Positions 29,893-40,998 of a stretch of 64,000 nt of DNA are shown one piece after another. The DNA comes from Candidatus Caccomonas pullistercoris (lineage in GTDB: Bacteria; Bacteroidota; Bacteroidia; Bacteroidales; Bacteroidaceae), in contig DVNY01000176.1 of NCBI GenBank assembly GCA_018714085.1, positions 388-64,387 on the forward strand, given 5' to 3'. The notes beneath the pieces were generated by a model. The model was not told the DNA's origin. It saw only the letters and a list, made by a program, of their open reading frames with translations, and did no database searches. The first letter of the stretch is position 1. The number at the start of each line of letters is the position of its first letter. A program made the position numbers and the translations under genes.

Positions 29893-32800
29893 ATGAAAAA
29901 GAAAACTAAAATAGAAATGGTGCAAGGCACGCTTCGCGCTGGTTTCTGCTTGTTCATGCTGTCAAGTGCATGTGCTCTTCCTGCCCAAACGGCGGAAACG
30001 GCGGCTAATGATAGCGTAACAGCAGCGCCTGTGGCAAAAAAGGCCAATGCTGATAAGTACGTGATGCGTGAGATTTCCGGTACCGTCCTCGACGCTGCTA
30101 CCAAGGAACCCATGCCCGGTGTGCGTGTGCAGGCATTGGATAACCGTCTGTATACCGCGATGACTGACGAAAACGGTAAGTACACCTTGCGCGCTCCCGA
30201 ATTTGTCACTGCATTGTATATCTCTTGTCCTGACTATAACCCGGTACAGCTGCCCGTCAAGGCAGCTACCGGCCAGGACGCCCAGTTGTACAGTAACAAG
30301 ATTGCTCCCGTACCGTTCTATCAGGACGGAACGGCGTTGGTTTCCAACCCGACCGCAACGATCGAAAATTCGAGTGCGATTTCCGTAGAAAGCGAAGTCG
30401 AGAACACGCTGAACAGCACGCTTCGCGTTGTGTCGCGTGGCGGACTGCCAGCCCAAGGTGCAGCCATGTTTATCAACGGTATCAACTCGTTGAACTCCAT
30501 CGCTCAGCCGCTGGTTGTTGTGGATGGCGTAATCTGGGATATGCAGTATGACCGTTCGACCCTTCATGACGGTTATTACAACAACTTGTTCAACCTGCTT
30601 GACGTAGAGGACATCGAACAAGTGAAAGTCCTGAACAATGGTGCTGCGCTCTATGGTGCGAAGGCTTCGAATGGTGTGATTGAGATCACCACTAAGCGAG
30701 GCAAGAGCATGGCCACGCGAATCAACGTCCGTGTCTATGGTGGCTACGAGTTGAACCCCTCGAAGCTGTCCATGATGAATGCCGACCAATATCGGAGCTA
30801 TCTGACTGAATATATCGGGACGACCAGTTACATCCAGCAGAATCCTTATGCGGTCAACAACATCAAGTTCTTGAACGAGGATCCCAATTATGCTTATTAC
30901 CGTTTGTTCCACAACAATACGGATTGGCAAAAGGACCTGTATCAGAATTCTTTCACGCAGAACTACCGTATCAACGTAGATGGTGGTGACGACGTGGCCA
31001 TGTACCGCTTGTCTTTGGGTTACACCAAGGCTGACGCTACCGCCAAGGAGAACGATTTTGACCGTCTGAACATTCGTTTCAACACAGACATTCTGTTGTT
31101 CAACAATTTCACGACAAAGTTCGACATCTCGTTCGTCCGTACTTCCGCTAACGTCCGTGACAATGGGTGGGCCTCGTCTTATGATGACCGTAACATCTCC
31201 TCCCCGAATGTGCTCGGTCTGATTCAGGCGCCGTTCATCAGCCCCTACCAGTACTTCATGGATCCTGAAACCATGACCTTGAAGCAGAGCATGGATGTGT
31301 ATGCCGGAAAGGATAACGTGACCAGCGACGCAACGAACCCGTTCAATTTTGCTTCTGAATTTGGTGACCAGGCCTTGGCAAACCCGTATTGGATTTTGCT
31401 GAACGGACAGGGTGACAACAAGAACTTCATGGAGCAGACGCAGTTCAATATCAATGTGAATCCGCAGTATACGATTGGCAAGTATTGGACGATTAGCGAC
31501 AGGTTCAGCTATATGATTAACCGTAACAACGAGAAGTATTATATGCCTCGTAACGGTACGCCCGACAAGTTTGTTGACGGATTGGGCTCGATCAATAGCG
31601 TGTTGGCCTCACAGTTCGGAAAGGAAACTACGCTCTACAATGATTTCCGCATTGACTGGAACCAGAATTTCGGAGCACATTCCGTGCATGCGTTCGGAGG
31701 TTTCCGCTTGGCGTCGTACACGTTTACGGACAGCTACGCGCGAGGCTATAACAACTCGAACGACAAGATGCCTAACATGTCGATGACGCTCAACCCGAAG
31801 ACCTATGGTGGTACGACGGACAAGTGGATGAACTTGGCTTATTATCTGAATGCCGAGTACAACTACAAGAACCGCTATTTCATCCAGGCTTTGGCCACGA
31901 TGGAGTCTTCGTCACGTTTCGGCCGTGATGCGGAAGAAGGCATCAAGCTCGCTGGCGTTCGTTGGGGCTTCTTCCCCTCTGTTCAGGCCGCATGGCTGAT
32001 ATCTTCCGAATCTTGGTTCAACGTGAAGCCTATCAACTATTTGAAGTTGATGGCAGGTTATGAGGAAACAGGTAACGACAACATCGACTACTATGCCAGC
32101 CGGACCTATTTCTCGAATGTCGAGTTCTTCGGCGAGGCCACAGCCTTGTTGCTCTCTAACATTCAGAATCCGACCATTCAGTGGGAAACCAACCGTCGCG
32201 TGAATGTCGGTTTGGAAGGTGCCTTACTGAACAACCGCCTCATGTTCGGTGTGAACTTCTATCGCAGCAAGATTTCCAACCTGTTGACCCAGCAGGCTGT
32301 GAGCGACATCACCGGTCTTCCTTTCATGTGGTCCAATGGTGGTGCTATGAAGAACATCGGTGTGAATGCGAACCTCAGCGCCGTGCTTGTCAATAAAAAA
32401 GACTGGCGTTGGGAAGTCAGCGGTTCTGTCGGTCATTATAAGAATGAGATCACCCAGCTTCCTGGTTCAAACACCATCGAGTATTACCGCTTGGATGATA
32501 AGGGCCAGAAACTCGGCGATCCGTATAAGACCGTCAACGGATATACCAGTTCCATCTACGGAACAGATAATGTGCTGACCGCAGTCGGCGAGGCAGCCGG
32601 TGTGTTCTACGGTTATCAGACGCAAGGCGTGTTCGCTTCGGCCGAAGAAGCACAGGAAGCAGGCTTGCGTTATCCGACCGGTTTGACGAACGATCCCTAT
32701 CGTGAGTTCAAGGCGGGCGACGTGCACTTCGTTGACCAAAACGGCGACGGATGGATCGACGAGTCCGATATGGTGAAGATTGGCGATCCGAATCCGGATA

Positions 32801-33291
32801 TATACGGAAACTTCGCTACGCGCCTTTCTTGGAAAGACCTGACGTTGGATGTCATGTTCAAGTATTCGTTGGGCAATGATATCTTCAACTACCAGCGTTC
32901 GCAGTTGGAAGGTGGAAACACCAGCTGGAATCAGACGACTGCTTTGGTGAACCGTTGGAGATATGACGGTCAGGTAACCGATGTTCCCCGCGCCGTATCG
33001 TCGACCAGCAGTGACTGGGTGAACAACGAGCGCTTCTCGGATCGCTGGATTGAGGACGGTTCTTATCTGAAACTGAAAAAGATCCGCCTGACCTACCGCA
33101 TTCCGGTCAATGTCTCGTGGTTGCAGAGCCTGTCCGTATGGGGAGAAGCCAACAATGTCTTCACCGTGACGAAGTATTTAGGTCTTGACCCGGAAGTATC
33201 GTGCAGCAACAGCGTCCTGTCGCAAGGAATCGATGCTGGCTACTTGCCGCAAAGCTGTAACTTTAATTTGGGTGTAACGATTAACTTGTAA
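29893..33291 (+). CDS. susC: SusC/RagA TonB-dependent transporter
   Basis: QPLVVVDG, EDIEQVKVLNNGAALYGAKASNGVIEITTKRG, IQWET, IGDPNPD, IEDGSYLKLK. Confidence 0.95.
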   Translation: MKKKTKIEMVQGTLRAGFCLFMLSSACALPAQTAETAANDSVTAAPVAKKANADKYVMREISGTVLDAATKEPMPGVRVQALDNRLYTAMTDENGKYTLRAPEFVTALYISCPDYNPVQLPVKAATGQDAQLYSNKIAPVPFYQDGTALVSNPTATIENSSAISVESEVENTLNSTLRVVSRGGLPAQGAAMFINGINSLNSIAQPLVVVDGVIWDMQYDRSTLHDGYYNNLFNLLDVEDIEQVKVLNNGAALYGAKASNGVIEITTKRGKSMATRINVRVYGGYELNPSKLSMMNADQYRSYLTEYIGTTSYIQQNPYAVNNIKFLNEDPNYAYYRLFHNNTDWQKDLYQNSFTQNYRINVDGGDDVAMYRLSLGYTKADATAKENDFDRLNIRFNTDILLFNNFTTKFDISFVRTSANVRDNGWASSYDDRNISSPNVLGLIQAPFISPYQYFMDPETMTLKQSMDVYAGKDNVTSDATNPFNFASEFGDQALANPYWILLNGQGDNKNFMEQTQFNINVNPQYTIGKYWTISDRFSYMINRNNEKYYMPRNGTPDKFVDGLGSINSVLASQFGKETTLYNDFRIDWNQNFGAHSVHAFGGFRLASYTFTDSYARGYNNSNDKMPNMSMTLNPKTYGGTTDKWMNLAYYLNAEYNYKNRYFIQALATMESSSRFGRDAEEGIKLAGVRWGFFPSVQAAWLISSESWFNVKPINYLKLMAGYEETGNDNIDYYASRTYFSNVEFFGEATALLLSNIQNPTIQWETNRRVNVGLEGALLNNRLMFGVNFYRSKISNLLTQQAVSDITGLPFMWSNGGAMKNIGVNANLSAVLVNKKDWRWEVSGSVGHYKNEITQLPGSNTIEYYRLDDKGQKLGDPYKTVNGYTSSIYGTDNVLTAVGEAAGVFYGYQTQGVFASAEEAQEAGLRYPTGLTNDPYREFKAGDVHFVDQNGDGWIDESDMVKIGDPNPDIYGNFATRLSWKDLTLDVMFKYSLGNDIFNYQRSQLEGGNTSWNQTTALVNRWRYDGQVTDVPRAVSSTSSDWVNNERFSDRWIEDGSYLKLKKIRLTYRIPVNVSWLQSLSVWGEANNVFTVTKYLGLDPEVSCSNSVLSQGIDAGYLPQSCNFNLGVTINL

Positions 33292-33304
33292 CAATTTGTC
33301 TGAT

Positions 33305-35443
33305 ATGAAAAAGACTTCAATTATAGGTGCATTGTTTGCACTTCTTTGCACTGGCACTGTGGCTACTTCGTGCGAGGACATGCTGTCGCCCGAAATGACC
33401 AACAATGTCGACGGAGGCGCAGCAATTACCGATACGGTATACAACTTCCATGGCATACTGAAATCGGTACAAGATATAGCTGAGCGCACCGTAATTCTTG
33501 GCGAGGCGCGCGGTGACCTGACGTCTCCGGGCTTGTATGTGAGTGATTCCGTGTATGAAATCGCCAACTATCAGCCTGCGGCCAACGGGTCGAGCGGTTT
33601 GCTGGATCGGTCCGCCTATTATAAGGTGATCAACCAGTGTAACTTCTATTTCGCCCGTGTGGACACCAATGCATTGATGAACAACACGTACTACATGCGT
33701 CGCGAATACGCGCAAGTACAGATGATTCGTGCGTGGGTCTATATGCAGTTGGTGCAGAACTACGGTTCGGTGCCTTTCATCACCGAACCTGTGGACAATG
33801 CCAATACCGGATGGGAGAACACAGCGCCGAAGGCTACGCGTTCCAACTTGTTGAACCTGCTTCTCTCCGATAACCTCGAACAGGCTTATCGTTGGAGCAA
33901 CCAGTATGGACTGCCCTCGTATCGTTCCTACAACACCTACAACGCGTCGAACACGACGATTAACTCGCAGTTGTGCATGTTCCCGGCCGATTTGGTGATG
34001 GGTGACCTGTACTTGTTCGGTGCCAAGGATTCTATGGACTACGTGCGTGCAGCCACGTATTACTACAACTACATCACCGACAATGATCTGGCCATCACTC
34101 AGTCGCGTGCAGCTACGTTCAGCGTCTTTGCACAAGGAACGGACGAAGAGTCGTACAGCTCGAGCGTAAGTTCGTGGTCGTCTGTATTCAACCAGTATGC
34201 GAAGGGTGAACTGGTCACGGTTATTCCTTCTTGTGCCGTAAGCACGATGGGTACTGTCTTGACTGACGTTCAGCAGATCTACGGTTTTGAACTGTCTTCG
34301 AACCAGTCTGTGAACGTAAGTACGGATGATGAAGGAACTGAGCAAACTGACATTACGGGTAGCATCACGCCGACTGCGTCTGAGCAGTATCGCCAGTTGA
34401 TGCCCTCCACGGCTTACATGCGGTTGAATGCCGCTCAAATGTATGCTGGTGAAAACACCAGAGGTACGTCGCAGGCCGAGCTGGACTATTATGAAAATGC
34501 CGGTGATGCCCGCGTAGACGGTTCCGCTCCTATCGTGCGTGTGCAGTCCAGCGACGGTACAATGAACCGCGACCGCTTCATCCACAAGTTCTGCCCCGCT
34601 TCGAACATCAGTTCATTTGGATCGAGTGGTTTCAGTTTCCACTATTGCATACCGGTTTATCGCACGTCCTTGATTTACCTTCGTTATGCCGAGGCTCTCA
34701 ACCGTGCCGGTTTCCCGCAGCATGCCTTTGCCATCCTGAGCCACGGTCTGACTCCCGACAACCTGCCCACATTGTTGGACAGCACGAAAGTCAATGCCAA
34801 CGGTCAGCAGGAGTCGGTATATTATCTTGATTCCACGACGATCGCAGGCCGTGCACAGATTGGCGTAGACGAGTTGCGCCGCGCCCGTTTTGCGACTGCG
34901 TTCCTGAACGTAAACATGATGCCCACAGAAAACGTGATTGGCATCCACAGTTTGGGTTGTGGCGGTATTGAGGTTGAAGACACGCTCTACACGTTCAGTA
35001 AAGCTGTCGCACAGCGCATCAGCGAAGAGAAAGCACGCGTGGCGAATAATCCCAGTGCGGGTGTTGAAGCGGCCAAACGCTTCCTCCGTCAGACCGAGGG
35101 TGACGTAACGACCGACGATGGTGAGGACGATACGGATGACTCCGATTGGATCAGTGAACCGCCCTACACTGGGCCGAACAAGGATGCCCAGAATGCCGTG
35201 GAAGACCTCATCGTGGATGAACTGGCTCTCGAAACCGCATTCGAAGGATATCGTTTCGGCGATCTCCAGCGCATAGCCGACCACAAGAACGTAAGCAAGT
35301 CCGGTTATGGCACGGAATGGTTCGCATGGAAGATTTCGCGCCGCGATGAAGACTTGGCTCCGTACGAAAATCCGGATCAAAAGAACGAGGAGTTGTACAC
35401 GCTGCTCAACAATCAGAGCAACTGGTACTTGCAGAATCCCTGA
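33305..35443 (+). CDS. susD: SusD/RagB nutrient-binding lipoprotein
   Basis: ATSC-EDML lipobox, YYKVINQCNFY, RAWVYMQLVQNYGSVP, YRTSLIYLRYAEALN, ELALETAFEGYRFGDLQR. Confidence 0.92.
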   Translation: MKKTSIIGALFALLCTGTVATSCEDMLSPEMTNNVDGGAAITDTVYNFHGILKSVQDIAERTVILGEARGDLTSPGLYVSDSVYEIANYQPAANGSSGLLDRSAYYKVINQCNFYFARVDTNALMNNTYYMRREYAQVQMIRAWVYMQLVQNYGSVPFITEPVDNANTGWENTAPKATRSNLLNLLLSDNLEQAYRWSNQYGLPSYRSYNTYNASNTTINSQLCMFPADLVMGDLYLFGAKDSMDYVRAATYYYNYITDNDLAITQSRAATFSVFAQGTDEESYSSSVSSWSSVFNQYAKGELVTVIPSCAVSTMGTVLTDVQQIYGFELSSNQSVNVSTDDEGTEQTDITGSITPTASEQYRQLMPSTAYMRLNAAQMYAGENTRGTSQAELDYYENAGDARVDGSAPIVRVQSSDGTMNRDRFIHKFCPASNISSFGSSGFSFHYCIPVYRTSLIYLRYAEALNRAGFPQHAFAILSHGLTPDNLPTLLDSTKVNANGQQESVYYLDSTTIAGRAQIGVDELRRARFATAFLNVNMMPTENVIGIHSLGCGGIEVEDTLYTFSKAVAQRISEEKARVANNPSAGVEAAKRFLRQTEGDVTTDDGEDDTDDSDWISEPPYTGPNKDAQNAVEDLIVDELALETAFEGYRFGDLQRIADHKNVSKSGYGTEWFAWKISRRDEDLAPYENPDQKNEELYTLLNNQSNWYLQNP

Positions 35444-35462
35444 TCTTTTGTGACAGACTGAT

Positions 35463-35505
35463 AAACAAGCGGGTGACGACATCTGTCGGCGCCCGCTTGT
35501 TTTTT
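35463..35505 (+). terminator. Intrinsic terminator of the SusC/SusD locus
   Basis: AAACAAGCGGG...CCCGCTTGTTTTTT 20 nt after the SusD stop. Confidence 0.8.
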
Positions 35506-35684
35506 ATGCTTGCGCTGCGATATTCTCTGGTTTGCTGCGGCCTGAACTTTGTCCCTTTTTCGGGCGTGAGCCTTTTCTGGTCGTTGCAGCGCGGCAAAAA
35601 CGGCGGCGGGTTGGCTTTATAATGTGCAGTAAGCTTGTTCCCCAGTTTGTCTCTCGGACATTGCCGTCGTCCTCACGATGCCGC

Positions 35685-35777
35685 CAGCCAGGCCGTTCTT
35701 CCTCTCAGTACTCCCGTATTTTCTGTCGGTACTCCCGTTTTTTCTGTCACTGCTTCCGACGTTCCTGTCAGTGTATC
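35685..35777. repeat. 21-bp tandem repeat (4+ degenerate units)
   Basis: Units at 35685, 35706, 35727, 35748, 35769 (e.g. CAGTACTCCCGTATTTTCTGT, CGGTACTCCCGTTTTTTCTGT); similar to 44727-44771. Confidence 0.8.
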
Positions 35778-36210
35778 TCTCGTTTGGTTCCTGTTTCATG
35801 CTTTTCCCAGTCGACGCTTTTTGTGTCATACAAGCGTGGCGAGGCTTTTGGGATGCCATTGTTTTTTTGTCTGTAAGGCAGCCTTTAACCGTGGCGCCCA
35901 TGCCGACGTCGTGTCGAAGCTATGTGGCTCGGTCGTTGCGTCGGATGCCCTATGCGTGTGAGGAAAAGTTTTTCCGCGCCGGCGGACGTGAAAATGCCGG
36001 CCGCTATGTCGCTGCGTTCGCGTTGCCGCAGCCGCGCCATTTAGGCCGCGTCGAGCAGCTCTTTCCTGCTTTGCGGATGCACGTGCCGGGCCAGATATGT
36101 GTTCGTGTTCCTTGCATCGCGCTGCGAGTTCCGAGGCGCCAGCGTTGGCAGTATGATATTAAACATTTATTTTTTCACGTCCGCTCTATCGGTATGTCAG
36201 TAAACTTTAC

Positions 36211-36218
36211 TATTTTTG
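36211..36218 (+). promoter_or_regulatory. -7 promoter box for the lpxD operon
   Basis: TATTTTTG about 22 nt upstream of the lpxD ATG. Confidence 0.7.
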
Positions 36219-36240
36219 CGTTAATAATAGAATGCTTATC

Positions 36241-37284
36241 ATGAAATTCACCGCAGAGCAGATAGCCGCATACTTGCACGGCGACATCGTCGGCGACGCC
36301 AAGACTGTCGTACGGACGTTCGCGAAGATCGAGGAAGGTCAGCCGGAAGCCATTTCTTTTTTGGCCAACCCCAAATATGAGTCCTATCTTTATGAGACAC
36401 AATCTTCCATCGTGCTTGTAAACCGCAGTTTTACTCCTGCGAAGCCGGTCTCTGCCACATTGATAAAAGTCGATGACGCGTACGCTGCAATCGCGTCGCT
36501 CATGACGCTTTACGAACGTGCCGTACAGAAGCGCACCGGCATCAGCCCGCTGGCCTATGTGGATGAGACGGCAAGCGTGGGCGCAGACTGCTATGTCGCG
36601 CCATTCGTTTATATCGGCAAAGGCGTAAAAGTGGGCAACGGCACCCAGCTCTACGCCCATGTGGTGTTGGAGGAAGGTGTCGAGGTGGGTGCTGACTGTG
36701 TACTCTATCCCAACGTGTCGGTCTACCACGGTTGCCGCTTGGGTGATCGCGTCATCCTGCATTCCGGGTGCGTGGTCGGGGCTGACGGCTTTGGCTTCGC
36801 GCCTACTGCCGAAGGTTATGAAAAGATACCCCAACTCGGCATCGTCGTTGTCGAGGATGATGTGGAGATCGGTGCAAACGCTTGCGTGGACCGTTCCACG
36901 ATGGGGCAGACTGTCGTTCATCGTGGCGTGAAACTCGACAATCTTGTCCAGATTGCCCATAACTGCGAAGTGGGAGAGCATACCGTCATGTCCGCACAGG
37001 TGGGCGTGGCCGGTTCCACAAAGATCGGTCGCTGGTGCATGTTCGGAGGCCAAGTCGGCATAGCCGGACATGCTGTGATTGGCGACGAGGTCCGTTCCGG
37101 CGCACAGGCCGGCATTGCGGGTAGCCTGCGCAAGGGGCACGTAACCGTCCAAGGGTCACCCGCCATAGAGGCCCACAATTTCGCTCGTTCGAGCGTCGTC
37201 TATAAGAAATTGCCAGAAATGTACGCGCAGCTGAACCAATTGCAGGCGGAGCTTGACGCGTTAAAGAAACAACTTGAAAAGTAA
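36241..37284 (+). CDS. lpxD: UDP-3-O-(3-hydroxyacyl)glucosamine N-acyltransferase
   Basis: [33 protein letters not shown], hexapeptide repeats. Confidence 0.97.
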   Translation: MKFTAEQIAAYLHGDIVGDAKTVVRTFAKIEEGQPEAISFLANPKYESYLYETQSSIVLVNRSFTPAKPVSATLIKVDDAYAAIASLMTLYERAVQKRTGISPLAYVDETASVGADCYVAPFVYIGKGVKVGNGTQLYAHVVLEEGVEVGADCVLYPNVSVYHGCRLGDRVILHSGCVVGADGFGFAPTAEGYEKIPQLGIVVVEDDVEIGANACVDRSTMGQTVVHRGVKLDNLVQIAHNCEVGEHTVMSAQVGVAGSTKIGRWCMFGGQVGIAGHAVIGDEVRSGAQAGIAGSLRKGHVTVQGSPAIEAHNFARSSVVYKKLPEMYAQLNQLQAELDALKKQLEK

Positions 37285-37289
37285 GACCC

Positions 37290-38675
37290 ATGTTGAAGCA
37301 GACAACTCTCAGAGGAAGTTTCTCCCTTTTCGGAAAAGGTCTCCACACCGGCTTGCAACTGACCGTGACCTTTAATCCCGCACCGGAGAACTTCGGGTAT
37401 AAGATAAAACGAATCGACCTTGAAGGGGAACCCGTGATCGAAGCTATCGCCGAAAATGTGGCCGAAACTTCGCGTGGCACGGTCGTGGCCAAAGGCGAAG
37501 CACGGTGCAGCACGATTGAACACGGCATGGCTGCGCTGTACGCGATGGGGATAGACAACTGTCTGATCACAGTCAACGGGCCGGAATTCCCCATCCTCGA
37601 CGGAAGCGCCAAGCAATATGTGGAAAACATAAAGCGTGTCGGCATTGAAGAACAGAACGCACCGAAGGACTTCTACGTCATCAAGAAGAAAATCGAGGTG
37701 CGCGACGAAACTTCGGATTCGTCCATCATCATTCTTCCGGATGACCAGTTCTCGATCACAGCCATGATCTCCTTCGATTCTCAGTTCCTGAGCAGCCAGT
37801 TCGCGACATTGGATGACATGGCGGACTTTGAGACGGAAATCGCATCGGCCCGTACGTTCGTTTTTGTCCGTGAGATCGAGCCTCTGCTCAAAGCCGGGCT
37901 TATCAAGGGCGGCGACCTCGACAACGCCATAGTGATCTACGAACGGCAGATTCCGCAAGAAAGCCTGGACAAGTTGGCTGACTACATGAACGTCGAGCAC
38001 AAGGATGCCACGAAATTAGGGTATATCAACGACAAACCCTTGGTTTGGTATAACGAACCCGCCCGCCATAAACTTCTGGACATCATTGGCGACATGGCCT
38101 TGATTGGCCGTCCGATAAAAGGGCGCATCATCGCCACGCGGCCCGGCCACACCATTAATAACAAGTTCGCCCGCCAGATCCGTCGCGAAATCCGTGCACA
38201 CGAGGTGCAGGCTCCGAACTACGACTGCAACGAGGCGCCGCTGATGGACGTGAATCGCATCCGCGAGTTGCTCCCTCACCGTTATCCCATGCAGCTTGTG
38301 GACAAGGTGATCGCCATCGGTGCAAATTCGATAGTGGCCATCAAGAATGTGACTACTAACGAGCCTTTCTTCCAAGGCCATTTCCCGCAAGAGCCCGTCA
38401 TGCCCGGTGTGTTGCAGATAGAAGCAATGGCGCAGGCCGGTGGCTTGCTGGTGCTCAACTCTGTGGAAGAGCCTGAACGGTGGAGCACCTATTTCTTAAA
38501 GATCGACGGCGTGAAGTTCCGGCAGAAAGTAGTGCCCGGCGATACGCTCATCTTCAAAGTCGAGCTGCTTGCTCCCTTACGCCATGGTATCTCTTCGATG
38601 AAAGGTTTCGCCTTTGTGGGTGAGAAAGTCGTGTGTGAAGCTACTTTCACGGCTCAAATCGTGAAAAACAAGTAA
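37290..38675 (+). CDS. lpxC-fabZ: Bifunctional LpxC deacetylase / FabZ dehydratase
   Basis: [20 protein letters not shown] (LpxC); [27 protein letters not shown] (FabZ). Confidence 0.97.
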   Translation: MLKQTTLRGSFSLFGKGLHTGLQLTVTFNPAPENFGYKIKRIDLEGEPVIEAIAENVAETSRGTVVAKGEARCSTIEHGMAALYAMGIDNCLITVNGPEFPILDGSAKQYVENIKRVGIEEQNAPKDFYVIKKKIEVRDETSDSSIIILPDDQFSITAMISFDSQFLSSQFATLDDMADFETEIASARTFVFVREIEPLLKAGLIKGGDLDNAIVIYERQIPQESLDKLADYMNVEHKDATKLGYINDKPLVWYNEPARHKLLDIIGDMALIGRPIKGRIIATRPGHTINNKFARQIRREIRAHEVQAPNYDCNEAPLMDVNRIRELLPHRYPMQLVDKVIAIGANSIVAIKNVTTNEPFFQGHFPQEPVMPGVLQIEAMAQAGGLLVLNSVEEPERWSTYFLKIDGVKFRQKVVPGDTLIFKVELLAPLRHGISSMKGFAFVGEKVVCEATFTAQIVKNK

Positions 38676-38681
38676 CTAGTT

Positions 38682-39455
38682 ATGAATAAGATAAGTCCCT
38701 TAGCTTATATCGATCCCGACGCCAAGATTGGCGAGAACTGTGAGATCGGTCCTTTCTGTTATGTTGACCGCGGCGTTGTTATCGGCGATAACAATGTACT
38801 GATGAATAGCGTGACCCTTTTGTACGGGACGCGCATGGGGAATGGCAATACAGTTTTCCCGGGTGCTGTCATCGGCGCGATTCCTCAGGATTTGAAGTTC
38901 AAAGGCGAAGATACCACAGCCGAAATCGGCGACAACAACACGATACGCGAAAATGTGACGATCAACCGCGGGACGGCTGCAAAAGGGAAAACTGTCGTAG
39001 GAAGCGGAAACCTTTTCATGGAGGCGGTCCACATTGCGCATGACGCTTTGGTCGGTAACGGCTGCATAGTCGGAAATACGACAAAACTGGCCGGCGAGGT
39101 GATTGTGGACGACTATGCAATAATCAGCGCGTCCGTCCTCGTTCATCAGTTTTGCCGAATCGGCAGTTATGTGATGATAGGCGGCGGAACGCGTACCGGT
39201 CAGGATGTCCCGCCGTTTGTGATGGCCGCGCGCGAACCCGTGGCTTTCTGTGGCCTGAACGTCGTGGGGCTCCGGCGTCGCGGTTTCAGTTCCGAAATGA
39301 TCGAAAACATCCACTCTGCTTATCGGCTCCTGTATCAACGTGGCAAACTCCGTGACGAGTGTCTGGCCCAGATTGAGCGTGAAGTGCCGATGAGCAAGGA
39401 AATTGAATATATCCTTGACTTCGTGAAAACGTCGAAACGAGGGATAATTAAATAA
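38682..39455 (+). CDS. lpxA: Acyl-ACP--UDP-N-acetylglucosamine O-acyltransferase
   Basis: IPQDLKF, IRENVTINRGT, HIAHD, VHQFCRIG, GLNVVGLRRRGF. Confidence 0.97.
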   Translation: MNKISPLAYIDPDAKIGENCEIGPFCYVDRGVVIGDNNVLMNSVTLLYGTRMGNGNTVFPGAVIGAIPQDLKFKGEDTTAEIGDNNTIRENVTINRGTAAKGKTVVGSGNLFMEAVHIAHDALVGNGCIVGNTTKLAGEVIVDDYAIISASVLVHQFCRIGSYVMIGGGTRTGQDVPPFVMAAREPVAFCGLNVVGLRRRGFSSEMIENIHSAYRLLYQRGKLRDECLAQIEREVPMSKEIEYILDFVKTSKRGIIK

Positions 39456-39466
39456 TAGTACCAGTT

Positions 39467-40027
39467 ATGCTGTTCAGAATAAAACTCATTTCAGACGAAG
39501 TCGAAAACTTTTTGCGCGAGTATCTGATAGAGGATGACGCAACTTTTCTTGACCTGAACCGGGTCATTCTCGCCTCGTGCGGTTATCCCGATGATCAGAT
39601 CACGTCGTTCTATCTTTGTGACGAAGAGTGGGAGCGGAAAAAACAAGTGACGCGCGAAGACATGAGCCTTGACCGAGGCTCTTCGTACGAAGAAGATATT
39701 TTTGTGATGGAAACGACGCGTCTGAACGAACTGATCGAGGAAGAGGATCAAAAGCTGGAATATGTTTTTGACCCGTTTGCTGAGCGAGTGTTCTATTTAG
39801 ATGTGGTGGAGATAGTGCCAGCTCAACATATCGACGAACCACAGGTTGTTCGTTCTATCGGCAAAGCGCCTGCACAGATAGAAGATTTGTCCGGACTAGA
39901 TGTTCAACCCAAGGGAGGTAGCGTTGGTGTGGACGATGGGCTGGATGACGAATTTTATGGCAGCGAGTCGTATAACAGCGACGAATTTGATCCCGAAGGC
40001 TTCGAAGTGTCTGAAGACGGACGTTGA
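39467..40027 (+). CDS. Conserved hypothetical protein (pRiA4b ORF-3-like) with acidic tail
   Basis: 186 aa between lpxA and miaA; [23 protein letters not shown]. Confidence 0.75.
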   Translation: MLFRIKLISDEVENFLREYLIEDDATFLDLNRVILASCGYPDDQITSFYLCDEEWERKKQVTREDMSLDRGSSYEEDIFVMETTRLNELIEEEDQKLEYVFDPFAERVFYLDVVEIVPAQHIDEPQVVRSIGKAPAQIEDLSGLDVQPKGGSVGVDDGLDDEFYGSESYNSDEFDPEGFEVSEDGR

Positions 40028-40056
40028 CGTTCGGTACATCCATCCGCACTGTAAAC

Positions 40057-40965
40057 GTGAAGACCCTCTTTGTGCTTTTAGGCCCGACCGGCGTTGGGAA
40101 AACGGAACTCAGCTTGCAGATAGCTGAGTTCTTGCATATACCCATCTTGAACGCCGATTCGCGGCAGCTATACAAGGATTTGCCTATCGGGACGGCGGCA
40201 CCGACGGCAGAAGAGCAGGCGCGGGTCCGTCATTACTTTGTGGGCACCTTGGACTTGACTGATTATTACAGCGCCGCCCGTTATGAAGCCGAAGCCTTGG
40301 CTGTTTTGAACACGCAGTTCGCCGAGCGCGATGTAGCCCTGCTTAGCGGCGGCTCGATGCTCTACATTGACGCCGTGTGCCAAGGCATAGACGATATGCC
40401 CTCGGTGGATGCTGAAACGCGCGCCAGTGTGCTCCAGCGTTTGGAAGAGCGCGGGCTTGATGCGCTCAGCGCTGAGCTGAAACTCTTGGATCCCGACTAT
40501 TATGCCCAGTGCGACATCCGCAACACCAAACGCGTGGTCCATGCACTCGAAATCTGTTATATGACGGGGCGACCCTATTCCTCTTTTCGCATCCGGGCTA
40601 CAAAGGAACGCCCTTTCCGCATCATAAAGATTGGCTTGACCCGCGATCGTGAAGAATTATACGACCGAATCAACCGTCGTGTTGACCTCATGATGGATCA
40701 CGGTCTGCTTGACGAGGCACGCCGCGTCTATCCATACCGTCATCTCAACGCCTTGAATACGGTGGGGTATAAGGAACTCTTCCGCCATTTCGACGGTGAG
40801 TGGACGCTGGATTTCGCATTGGACAAGGTGCGTCGCAACTCGCGGGTTTATTCGCGTAAACAGATGACGTGGTTCCGGCGCGACCCGTCAATACAGTGGT
40901 TCTCTCCTGACAAAGCGGAAGAAATAAGAAATTTTATTACAAAACAGATAAGCGCAAAGGCGTAA
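40057..40965 (+). CDS. miaA: tRNA dimethylallyltransferase
   Basis: [42 protein letters not shown]; GTG start at 40057 preferred. Confidence 0.96.
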   Translation: MKTLFVLLGPTGVGKTELSLQIAEFLHIPILNADSRQLYKDLPIGTAAPTAEEQARVRHYFVGTLDLTDYYSAARYEAEALAVLNTQFAERDVALLSGGSMLYIDAVCQGIDDMPSVDAETRASVLQRLEERGLDALSAELKLLDPDYYAQCDIRNTKRVVHALEICYMTGRPYSSFRIRATKERPFRIIKIGLTRDREELYDRINRRVDLMMDHGLLDEARRVYPYRHLNALNTVGYKELFRHFDGEWTLDFALDKVRRNSRVYSRKQMTWFRRDPSIQWFSPDKAEEIRNFITKQISAKA

Positions 40966-40971
40966 TTCTTT

Positions 40972-40979
40972 ACTTTTGC
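40972..40979 (+). promoter_or_regulatory. -7 promoter box for the PBP gene
   Basis: TACTTTTG 20 nt upstream of ATG 40999. Confidence 0.6.
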
Positions 40980-40998
40980 GTGCGTAATCCTTATTGAT

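Noticed and set aside
39467-40027. Mobile-element passenger gene (family often labelled pRiA4b ORF-3 or IS1096 passenger)
   Set aside because: Sits tightly in the lpxA-miaA operon with no transposase or terminal repeats; treated as a core gene.
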